DNA of 64,000 nucleotides, taken from the IMG/VR virus record IMGVR_UViG_3300027973_000043, positions 18,489 to 82,488 of that record, one strand, 5' to 3'. Below the pieces are notes generated by a model. It had not been told where the DNA came from and searched no databases. It saw only the letters and a list, made by a program, of their open reading frames with translations. Below, one piece after another: positions 51,331-60,689 of this stretch. Source of the DNA: a virus. Position numbers and translations under genes: made by a program. How positions within the stretch are numbered: position 1 is the first letter of the stretch; each line of letters starts with the position of its first letter.

Positions 51331-51918
51331 ATGACTCGAAATGAATTTATCGGAAAAGTAGCTGTTGAGTGCATCGAAAATGATGTTTCTTTAAAAATTA
51401 TTCAAAAAGAAAAAGTTGGTAATTATGGCGGATGGTTCGATTCTAATAAAAAAGAACTTGTTTGTGCATATAAAAGTATAAATGGATTTGAAATATTAAT
51501 ACATGAATACCATCATTTTCTTCAATGGAAAAATAATCCTAAGTTTTGGAAAAAGTGTGAAGCAGATAAATGTCCATTTCTTAATTGGGTAGAAGGAGAA
51601 GAAACATCTAAAAATAAACTAACTAGAGCATTTAATAAAGCAATTGAATTAGAAAGAGATTGCGAAATTAATTCTATAAATTTTATTAAAAAACATAATT
51701 TAGATGTTAATTTAAAACAATATATTTTAGAAGCAAATGCTTATATTTATTCATATCATTATGTGAAAAAATATAGAAATTGGCCTCTAAAAACAATTTA
51801 TACAGAAAACGTAATTGAAAAAATGCCTAAAAAAATTCTTTCTTTTGAACACTATAAAAAAGGAGTTGATGAGAAAGGTAACAGTATTATATCATTTTAC
51901 GAACAACTCTCTAGTTAA
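51331..51918 (+). CDS. zincin-like metallopeptidase domain protein
   Basis: LIHEYHHFLQ ... ELERDC. Confidence 0.6.
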   Translation: MTRNEFIGKVAVECIENDVSLKIIQKEKVGNYGGWFDSNKKELVCAYKSINGFEILIHEYHHFLQWKNNPKFWKKCEADKCPFLNWVEGEETSKNKLTRAFNKAIELERDCEINSINFIKKHNLDVNLKQYILEANAYIYSYHYVKKYRNWPLKTIYTENVIEKMPKKILSFEHYKKGVDEKGNSIISFYEQLSS

Positions 51919-52026
51919 AATTATTCTCGTTTTATTCTTTATATTTGGTATATTAATGTATGTTTTAAAATAAGTAATTTTATGTTACTATTTTTTTCTA
52001 GAATTAAAAAACTTATAAATAAAGTT

Positions 52027-52704
52027 ATGAGTGATTCTATTACTAAAAAGAAAGATAAAATACAAAGCATTTTAAATGTTTTTGAAACTGGAAAACCTGA
52101 TGGTGATTACAGTAACGTGACAATTTTTTCCGATGGGCCAAAAGGAATACAACAAATAACATACGGCAAAAGTCAAACAACTGAATGGGGAAATCTTAAT
52201 AAATTAATTAAATCTTATTCTAACAAAAATGGCAAACATAGTGAGTTTTTTAAACCTTATGTAGATAAGATTGGCAAAATCTCACTAGTTAATGACGAAA
52301 AGCTTATAAACGAGCTTCGTGAAGCAGGTAGTGACCCTGTAATGAGAGAAGCACAAGATGATTTTTTTGATGAACATTACTGGAATCCTGCACTTGAATT
52401 TTTCAAAGAAAATGGTTTTACACAACCTCTTTCAATGCTTATAATTTATGATTCTTTTATTCATTCTGGAGGAATCTTAAACTTTTTAAGAACTCGTTTT
52501 CCTGCAAAAACTCCGTCTAAAGGCGGAAATGAAAAAGAATGGACTATACAATATTTGAATATTCGTCACTCTTGGTTAGCAAATCATTCTAATCAGATTT
52601 TAAGAAAAACTAAATACCGAACAAAAGATATGCTTTTTGCAATTTCTCAGAATGATTGGAACCTTGATCGTTCTTTTACTGCAAATGGCGTTATTGTTTC
52701 TTAA
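52027..52704 (+). CDS. chitosanase-like (GH46) glycoside hydrolase, possible lysis enzyme
   Basis: NVFETG, DG...ITYGKSQTTE, DPVMREAQD.FFDEHYWNPA, IYDSFIHSG. Confidence 0.8.
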   Translation: MSDSITKKKDKIQSILNVFETGKPDGDYSNVTIFSDGPKGIQQITYGKSQTTEWGNLNKLIKSYSNKNGKHSEFFKPYVDKIGKISLVNDEKLINELREAGSDPVMREAQDDFFDEHYWNPALEFFKENGFTQPLSMLIIYDSFIHSGGILNFLRTRFPAKTPSKGGNEKEWTIQYLNIRHSWLANHSNQILRKTKYRTKDMLFAISQNDWNLDRSFTANGVIVS

Positions 52705-54869
52705 AAAATATTCATTTTATAACTTTATATAATAGTATATTTTTGTTATTGACAAATCACAATTTAAAGATATATTCATAGTATGAAAAAAGGAAGAGCC
52801 GTCGAATCAATTCATTCTCTTATTACTTTTGATATGACAGATGAAGAGAAAAGCCTTTTTGAGAAACAATTAATTCAAAAAAATGAAAGAAACTTTGGAA
52901 GAAAAATTATTACGTTTGAAAAAAGAAAAAGAAAATCTTATTCTTGAAAGATATTATTCATTAAAAGAATTTGACAGAAAGCTAGACGAATATGATTCTC
53001 AAATTTATCATATTTCACAAGAATTTAATCGCATTCAAATCGCATTATCAAATTAAATAGTTGACACAAACAATAAACTCGCTAATATAATATTCTTATG
53101 AAAACTAATACCGAACGTTCAATCACAGAGCTAGAAGCTGCACAAAACTATCTTTTTAGAGAAATTCCTGTAATAGGCAAGTCGCCAAAGTTTCAATGTG
53201 TAATTGATAAGTTGGAAATGCCGTTGCTGCCGCTTCTAAAAAGTAATGTAGAAGAAAGAGCAAAATTGAGAAAAAGCGGAATTGTTCGTTTTGTAATAAA
53301 AGGTACTTGTAAAAAAGTTAATGTTTTTGTAAAAACTTTTGCAGATGCTATTGAGCAAGAAAAACAAAAACCTTTTTATTCTTTTCTATACACATTAGAA
53401 ACTACGGAAGACGAAAAGTTTACCATCGAAGATAAATTTATTACTCATAAATAAAACCAATTGATTTGTTATCATACGAAGATGAAAAAGAAAGTACATA
53501 AAGTTGGAACTATTCGTGATCGCGATTTAAAAAAGAAAATTCGTAAAGAACTTCCTTTACCTCCTCAAAAGCATAAAAGTGTTAAAGATTACAATCGAAA
53601 TCCTAAACATAAAGAAATAGAAGAAAAAGAATGAATCCTCTTAATAACAATGGAAAAACCGACGTTTTCTGGCGAGACATTCAAGAAGATGATTCAATTT
53701 TTCTTGAATGTAACAAAACAAGAACAATTCTTATTATAACAAATGTAATGAATTCTTTTTTATATCCTCGCGTAACAGAGGCGAAATATGTTGACATTTC
53801 AAATAATCGTGATTATACTTTTGATGAAATTGTGTTATTTTACGCTTTTATAACATAATAAAAGCAATAAAAATAAATAAAATTCTTCAACAAAAACTAA
53901 AAGTAATTTTTTTAAAATTTTATTTTTTTACATTACTTTTTTATATTTTTTATTGTAATAAAAAATATAAAAAATAATTCAGTGAATACAAGGGCAGAGC
54001 GAAAAATGTCATTCATTAAAGAATGAATAATTACGAAATGCTCCAGATAGTCTAATTATGGCAGTTAGACAAGCTTTAGATAAAACAAATGAAAATTTTT
54101 AATAATTTGTTGGATAAGCAAAAAGAAGATTGACGAAGTATGAAAACATTTGATGTCACACTTGAAGGATTTGATCCTAATACGGATGAAACCGACCATC
54201 TAGTTAAATGGATTAATGCTCCATCTATTGAAACTGTAAAAGATTTTTGTAGTCAAATGAATTGGAAATATGAATCAATTACCGAAATGGAATATTACTG
54301 GCCATTAACAATTGATGATGGCGTTGATTATATTCTTGACGAAGTATAAAATTGAAGTATATTGTATTATGAAGCTACCTCGCCCTATTTTGGATGAATT
54401 TCGCCGCCACAATATCAAACTTGAGTATGGTTGTGGAAAAACTACCCATTTTCATATTCGCATTTTTGAAAAAGTTATTGATCCTAAATTTATTGAACCG
54501 GGAGAGAAAAAATGGGCTGTTCAATTTGCATATAAACCTACTTTTGATCGGTGGGCAAATTCTACCAATTTTGAAACCGAAATTTCTTATTATCCAGAAA
54601 AGAATCAAAGATATTCTGTAGGAGAATTGCGCGGTAAACGTAGGAAACAATATATTATTCCTAAACTGGACAAAGAATTGGCATGGTGTTTGAAATGTGC
54701 AAAATCAGGAATTTTTGATTTTAATACTTATTTTGGAGTGATTGAAACTCCGCATTTTATCTATTGACAGATTATAAAATCGAAGTATATTGAGCCATGA
54801 CCTTTATCTACCTTGCGGACAGCGAGTTAACTGAATTTGAGCAACATTTGCTTGACAACAAGAATAGAA

Positions 54870-55508
54870 ATGAAAATTTTTAATAATTTATTAGATAAGC
54901 AAAAAGAATATACTTTCCTTGTTAGTGGAGGAGTTGATTCTATTTCTTCATGTCACTGGTTAAGCCAAAGAACTAGATTAAAAATCAAGGTTCTTCATTT
55001 TAACCATAATTGGCAACCTGCTAATAAACAAATGGAAGAATCAGTTAGAGACTTTTGTTCGGCGCATAGTTTACCATTCCAATTTATTACAAGGTCGGTA
55101 GAGCAATCTATAGGTGAGCAGACCGAAAACGATTTCAGACAATGGAGATTGGCCTATATGGCTGAACAAACAGGGCATACTAATTATGTGACTGCTCATA
55201 ATTTGGGAGATTGTGTAGAACAATTTTTTATGAATTTCCTCAAGGGTTGTCCAGAATATAAACCAATTCAGGAAAAAACTATTTTTCCCAATTTTACGAT
55301 TTATCATCCTTTTTTGTTGACAACCAAAGAACAGATGGTAGAATGGGCAGAGAAAAACGATTTAATGAAATGGGTGGTATTTGATCCAACAAACAATGAT
55401 TTAAAATATCAAAGAAATTGGGTTAGACACCAGATGTTGCCCATGATTGCTGAAAAAACTAATTTAGAAACTGTAGTTAGACACAAATTTTACCAAAAGA
55501 AAATATAA
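54870..55508 (+). CDS. tilS: tRNA(Ile)-lysidine synthetase, catalytic domain only
   Basis: PP-loop SGGVDS, HFNH, R..R, TAHNLGDCVE, HPFL, DPTN..LKYQRNWVRH. Confidence 0.85.
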   Translation: MKIFNNLLDKQKEYTFLVSGGVDSISSCHWLSQRTRLKIKVLHFNHNWQPANKQMEESVRDFCSAHSLPFQFITRSVEQSIGEQTENDFRQWRLAYMAEQTGHTNYVTAHNLGDCVEQFFMNFLKGCPEYKPIQEKTIFPNFTIYHPFLLTTKEQMVEWAEKNDLMKWVVFDPTNNDLKYQRNWVRHQMLPMIAEKTNLETVVRHKFYQKKI

Positions 55509-55861
55509 TGAATTTTTTATGGATTATCCAAAACATTTGACAAACCAACAGAAATAGAGTAATATAAAATATGAATAAACAATTTAATGTTCTTGATACG
55601 GTGTTAATGCCTGAGCCTAACGAAAGTGATGCTTGGACCTATGGCGGATTCTGTGCAGTAGTTGCTGATATTCGCGAAAATGGTAATCTAATTGTCGAAG
55701 ATCAAGACTCGGATTTTTGGGAAATTGAAGCTGAACGAGTCACTAAAGTTGAAGAAGAGTTTGACAAAGAGCTAAAAGATGATAAGTTAAGATAGTTAAA
55801 GGGAAGATTTTCCCAAGTTTGATTTAAACTGTTCTTTGACAAAATTTTTGTTAGTGTTAAT

Positions 55862-56323
55862 CCCCTTGTGGCGGAATTGGCAGACGCATTATAACGGTGC
55901 ATTTATAGAGAAATCTATATCTAAATGGTGTAAATTCAATGAACGGTTAATTTTAGATGTATGCAAGAGCGCATAAATGACGGTAAAAGTCCGTAAAACT
56001 CTAAAACTCCCAACGTTGAGCGAAATCTTAAATGACGTTAAATCTAGTATGGTGTAATTAATAAAGCCTTATGTTATCAGTTACTATCCAGACTAGGAGA
56101 TAAGGTTAATATAAGGAGACGTGCAGAGACTATAATCACCCATCTAATTTAGAAATAAACTAAAAGATGAAAGCATAGTCCAGCACACAAACAAAACGGT
56201 AAAACTTGAAATGTAAGTAATTACAAATTAAACGTTTATGGCGGTGAAAACCGTAGTTGTGATGCAGACTTAAAATCTGATATTCGTAAGAATGTGCAGG
56301 ATCGTGGCCTGTCAAGGGGACCA
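55862..56323 (+). tRNA. tRNA-Leu(UAA) interrupted by a group I intron (exons 55862-55889 and 56265-56323)
   Basis: Joined exons: CCCCTTG TG GCG GAATTGGCAGA CGC A T|CAGA CTTAAAA TCTGA, long variable arm, GCAGG ATCGTGG CCTGT CAAGGGG A CCA. Confidence 0.88.
55890..56264 (+). ncRNA. group I intron (375 nt, no ORF)
   Basis: P1 GCAU/GUGC with U.G at the splice site; R GTGCAGAGACTA (56121-56132); S AAGCATAGTCC (56171-56181); terminal G. Confidence 0.85.
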
Positions 56324-56507
56324 ATTAAATAAAAACTTTATTGAGAAATATTAGGTTAATTTGTTGGATAGAGTAATATAAAATGGAGATAAGCGGTAGG
56401 TAACGGGCCGTTAAAATATGATAGGATTTGAATAATCGCCAATCATTAAACCAAAAGACTATATTCTGAATTAAGATGGTAGTTCGATCTTCTCCTAAAT
56501 TTTAAAT

Positions 56508-56592
56508 GTGTTAGCGGCTAAGTTAGAGAGTAGCGGCAGACTGTAAATCTGTTCCTTCGGGTGAATAGGTGCGAATCCTATCTAGCACACCA
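56508..56592 (+). tRNA. tRNA-Tyr(GUA)
   Basis: GTGTTAG/CTAGCAC acceptor, GCAGA-CTGTAAA-TCTGT anticodon arm, long variable arm, encoded CCA. Confidence 0.88.
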
Positions 56593-56695
56593 AATTTCAA
56601 AAAGTTAGTTGACAAAGTTTGTTTAGATGTTAAGTTAAAGAGTTAGCGGAATTGATTTCCAAGTTATTAAACTCGTTCTTTGTTAGTAGAAAAAT

Positions 56696-57003
56696 CTTTC
56701 GCTACCTTAAAGGTGAAAGGGGCGGTTTCATTATAAAATAGTGACTTTTAACAGTAATGTTAATCGAAAATCGGAAGAATTGCTGGAAACCTGAACATGT
56801 AATGATGAAGGCAATCAGCAGCCGAGCTTGTGAATTCTAAAAAGTAACAAGAAGGTTCAACGACTAGGGAATGAGTAAGAAAACAATAAGTCTCAATAGC
56901 CTCCGAAATCCTAGTAATAGGATTATGATATAGTCTAGGGAGTTTAGAAATAAACACAAACCAGAAACCGTTTATCTGTGTTCGAGTCACAGGCGAAAGA
57001 CCA
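56696..57003 (+). tRNA. tRNA(CAU), probably Ile2 (or Met), interrupted by a group I intron (exons 56696-56731 and 56965-57003)
   Basis: CTTTCGC TA CCTT AAAGGTGA AAGG G GCGGT TTCAT|AA ACCGT TTAT CTGTG TTCGAGT CACAG GCGAAAG A CCA. Confidence 0.88.
56732..56964 (+). ncRNA. group I intron (233 nt, no ORF)
   Basis: P1 UCAU/GUGA; P AATTGCTGGAAA, Q AATCAGCAG, R GTTCAACGACTA, S GATATAGTCT; terminal G. Confidence 0.9.
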
Positions 57004-57966
57004 GTCCTAAGAAATTCATCTACTTTCACGTAGTTTAGGATGTTAAGACGAATAAAATCGTTGAACCAAAAGATGAATATAATAAAATAATTAGTTGTCA
57101 AAAACCCCAATTTCTAACCTATATTACAACATGAGCCAATATTTCTTTAACATAACTAAAAATAAACCTACCAAAAAAGAAGCAAATCGCTGGAACCGTA
57201 TTTCCAGAAAATATGGTGGCGCATATGTGGAGATTAATAGGAAACAAAATTCTTGTATTTCTATTAATAACGGAAACTATCAGGGATGGTTCGCTATTCC
57301 TAATAGAGGAAGTCCATTTGACCAGAATACTCAAAATGACATTCTGAACGAAATTAATAGTTAGTTGACAAACCCCATTTCTAACCTACATTCTAATATG
57401 TTCATCTATCTTCAAAATCTTTATTACACTCTAACTAAAAACGAACAAGCCTTGCTAGTTCTTAAATATAAGAAAATCGCAAAACTAAGTCAAAAACTTT
57501 ATCAAGCAAGATGCAAGAATCTTAGTTGGAATAAAAGTCTTCACATAGAAGAAAAAATCAAAAAGCTAATAATTCAAATTGATGAACTTATCACTCCAGA
57601 TGATATTCAATCCGAAAAAATGAATTTAACAGATGCGCAATTAAATGATATAGATTTTTATATTGATACAATTAGCTTCTGGAATAAGCAGTCTAAAGCA
57701 TTGGCAGACTTGCAAAAGCTGTTTATCTAAATAATCAAATTGTTTGAATCTGATAAACATAGAAATAGATTATATTTAGTTATGAAAGTTGATAGACCTA
57801 CTTTATTTTTTGGTGCTGGATTATCCTTTGCTTTTGGAATTATCGGAAAGTTTGTAGATCATGCACCGATTGAACAGTGGAATGGTAAGTTTGAAACCGG
57901 TTTTATCCTGTTATATCTTGCCCTAGCACTCAAAAACGACTAGACGAGTAACAAATTTCTATTAAT

Positions 57967-58044
57967 GCACCGGTGGCTCGAATGAATTAGGCGTCTTCCT
58001 TCTAAGAAGATTTTATGGGGGTTTGAATCCCTCCCGGTGTGCCA
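57967..58044 (+). tRNA. tRNA-Arg(UCU)
   Basis: GCACCGG/CCGGTGT acceptor, TCTTC-CTTCTAA-GAAGA anticodon arm, encoded CCA. Confidence 0.88.
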
Positions 58045-58132
58045 ATTTTGATGATTCGCGAGTGGAGATTATTGGTTGTGATAATCCAGAAGAATAGTTG
58101 ACAAACTGACAATTTAAGAATATACTAAACAT

Positions 58133-58843
58133 ATGAACATCGAAATAACAAAAGAATTGGTCGCCAAAATTGACGAAACACTGTCACATGGTCTATCACA
58201 TGGGCTAGGAAACCCGATTCCTGGCCAGATGTGCGTTGAAGCCGCAATATGCTATTCACTCGGATTGGATCATTCAGATGATCCAAAATGTGTAGATAGT
58301 GCTATCCGAGCGTTGAAGATTCGTCTAAATGATTCAAGTTGGAGTTCCGATTTTGCACGGTCGAGAGGAATGCGAAATCTGGCAATTCTCCAATTGGGAA
58401 CAGATGATAACTTTGATCGAAAAGAATTTTTAGAAAAACTGGCGATGTTTACCTGCACGGATTTTCTTCCATATTTTCTATCAAAACAAAATTATTTTTG
58501 GTTTACTCCAAAATTAAAAAATGATTTAGTTGGTGCAAAAACATTAGCAAATGCAAAAAATGCTTATGCTGCTAATGCTGTTTCTGCTTCTTATGCTGCT
58601 AATGCTTCTTATACTGCTTATGCTGCTTATACTGCTAATGTTGCTTATGCTGCTGATAATGCTGCTAATGCTGCTTATGCTGCTTCTTATGCTGCTAATG
58701 CTGCTAATGCTGCTTATGCTGCTTCTTATGCTGCTAGTGCTGCTAATGCTACTAATGATGCTGATTTTTATCTGAATTATTTTGCAAAAGGGGTGGAAAA
58801 AATCCTGATCAATATGAATGTTCCTGCAAAAGATTTTATTTAA
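58133..58843 (+). CDS. hypothetical protein with an Ala/Tyr/Asn low-complexity repeat
   Basis: MCVEAAI...HSDDPKCV N-domain; AYAANAA repeats at about 58560-58760. Confidence 0.7.
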   Translation: MNIEITKELVAKIDETLSHGLSHGLGNPIPGQMCVEAAICYSLGLDHSDDPKCVDSAIRALKIRLNDSSWSSDFARSRGMRNLAILQLGTDDNFDRKEFLEKLAMFTCTDFLPYFLSKQNYFWFTPKLKNDLVGAKTLANAKNAYAANAVSASYAANASYTAYAAYTANVAYAADNAANAAYAASYAANAANAAYAASYAASAANATNDADFYLNYFAKGVEKILINMNVPAKDFI

Positions 58844-58997
58844 ATAAAAATAATAAAGTTGCACTTATTTAAAAAGCCTGTATTATGGTGTTGTATGCAA
58901 AACGAACTAGAATCAAACCTAGTGGAACCAAATGACTATCAAAAAATATTCGACCTGTAACAAGACCTTAAAAAATAAAAAAACCACTAAATAAATC

Positions 58998-59381
58998 ATG
59001 ATCACCTTCAAACAATTCTTTGAATCCTACAGAATGGAAGACCAAACCTTCTCCGATAACAACGGCACCTACTCCGTACCACGAATAGTCAACTACGCAG
59101 AAAAAAATAAGAAAATAAAAGAAATACCAATCTCTAAACTTCTTCATAACCTAGAACCATCTCCACACGAAGAAGGATCAGAACTACCCGGTCATCCAGA
59201 ATTTATCGAAAGAGCCAACCAAACTGACCTCAAATACCCAATCATCATCGTCAAATACCCAGACGGCCTCTTTATAGCTGACGGTGTACATAGACTAGCA
59301 AAAGCTCACTCACTAAACCACGAAACCATCAAAGCCTATACCATTAACCAAAAAGAACTAGAAGATCTAAAAACAAAATAA
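58998..59381 (+). CDS. ParB-N/Srx-like domain protein
   Basis: DLKYPIII...IADGVHRLAKA; start MITFKQFFE. Confidence 0.7.
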   Translation: MITFKQFFESYRMEDQTFSDNNGTYSVPRIVNYAEKNKKIKEIPISKLLHNLEPSPHEEGSELPGHPEFIERANQTDLKYPIIIVKYPDGLFIADGVHRLAKAHSLNHETIKAYTINQKELEDLKTK

Positions 59382-59831
59382 AATTATTTTTTTATACTAA
59401 CCCAACATCAAATGTTGACTTTGTGATCTAAAATGGTATTATATGAATATGAAATATCAAAAAGATAATCCCCGCGCAAAATATAAACATGGAGAAATTG
59501 TTTATTATTACGATGAAAATTATAAAACACACCAGAATGGCTGCAAATTTGTGGTTGATGAAAGTATGACAGAAGATTTAGGTAGAAATAGGACATATTA
59601 TAGAGGTGTATTAAATCTTGACGGGAAGACCATTAATATATGTGCAATGGACGAATGCTTTTTAACACCAACGAAGAAATAATTATATGAATTGGAATGA
59701 CGCAATACAGCAATTAGCTAAGACTAATTTTTCTACCGAAGATGACCCATTTGCCAAATATTTTAAAGAAGTAGAAAAGAATCCTGCTTATTGGAAAGCC
59801 TTGGCAGACCTTAACGAGGAAGAAGAATTGG

Positions 59832-60689
59832 TTGCCAAGGCAAATAAACATAGGTGCAAACGGATTGGAATTGTTGGTGACAGAAAATAAAAAATGTAAT
59901 ATGAAACTGAAAAACGATCTTCCAAAACTTCCTGACGGTGAAATTGACTTATCTAAAGTCGATATATCGAACGACTTTATCCATTTTCCTCCGCTATATC
60001 AGACACCCGAAGATATTGCGAAGTTTATTCAGGATAATAACTGTGATTTTCCTATCATTATGGAACTTCTAAATCGTCGTAAGAATAATAAACTCGATAT
60101 TACACCAGCAGAAGACAAATTCTATTTTGATAATTTATTCAGCTATGTTTATGATGTTTTTAGAATTCCTGTTCCCGAAACAACCGAACAAATGATTAGT
60201 TGGCTAGAATATATTTCTGATAGTTTGTTGAAAACTGGTTTCAATCAGACTAAAAAGGATTCTTTTGAAAGTGCTGGACGTTCATTTGATATGATGAAAC
60301 GACAAGATGAATTTTTCAAAAACTATGATGGAAAATTGAGTAAGAAGGCCCGCAAATCCGTTTTAGTCGATATTAATTGCTATGCTGAAATCCTGACAGA
60401 TGATCCTGAATATTATAATAGAAATTCTGAAAGGGTGGTTGAACAGTTTTGGATTAAATCGGATCGTTATGCAGGACAACCAGTAATTGTTGGTGACGAA
60501 GCATATATGCGTGTTTGGGTATATGATGACCATGTATATATTTTTGGGTGTGATGATATGAGTTGGTCTTTTAATTCTTCCAAGCCAGAAGAACTTGCCG
60601 ATTTTGTAAAATATTTGAAACAAGCGGCTCCAGTCTGGAACTTCTGTTTTCCAAAACTTATCAACAAAAAACTTGAATTTACAAATTAG
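59832..60689 (+). CDS. hypothetical protein
   Basis: Long ORF; likely start MKLKND. Confidence 0.55.
   Translation: MPRQINIGANGLELLVTENKKCNMKLKNDLPKLPDGEIDLSKVDISNDFIHFPPLYQTPEDIAKFIQDNNCDFPIIMELLNRRKNNKLDITPAEDKFYFDNLFSYVYDVFRIPVPETTEQMISWLEYISDSLLKTGFNQTKKDSFESAGRSFDMMKRQDEFFKNYDGKLSKKARKSVLVDINCYAEILTDDPEYYNRNSERVVEQFWIKSDRYAGQPVIVGDEAYMRVWVYDDHVYIFGCDDMSWSFNSSKPEELADFVKYLKQAAPVWNFCFPKLINKKLEFTN

Noticed and set aside
56760-57110. 116-aa minus-strand ORF as an intron-encoded endonuclease
   Set aside because: It is antisense to the intron core and tRNA exon and has no nuclease motif
58544-58864. Poly-Leu/Met ORF 58551..58775 and Ser/Ile ORF 58544..58864
   Set aside because: Shadow frames of the GCT-rich Ala repeat in 58133..58843
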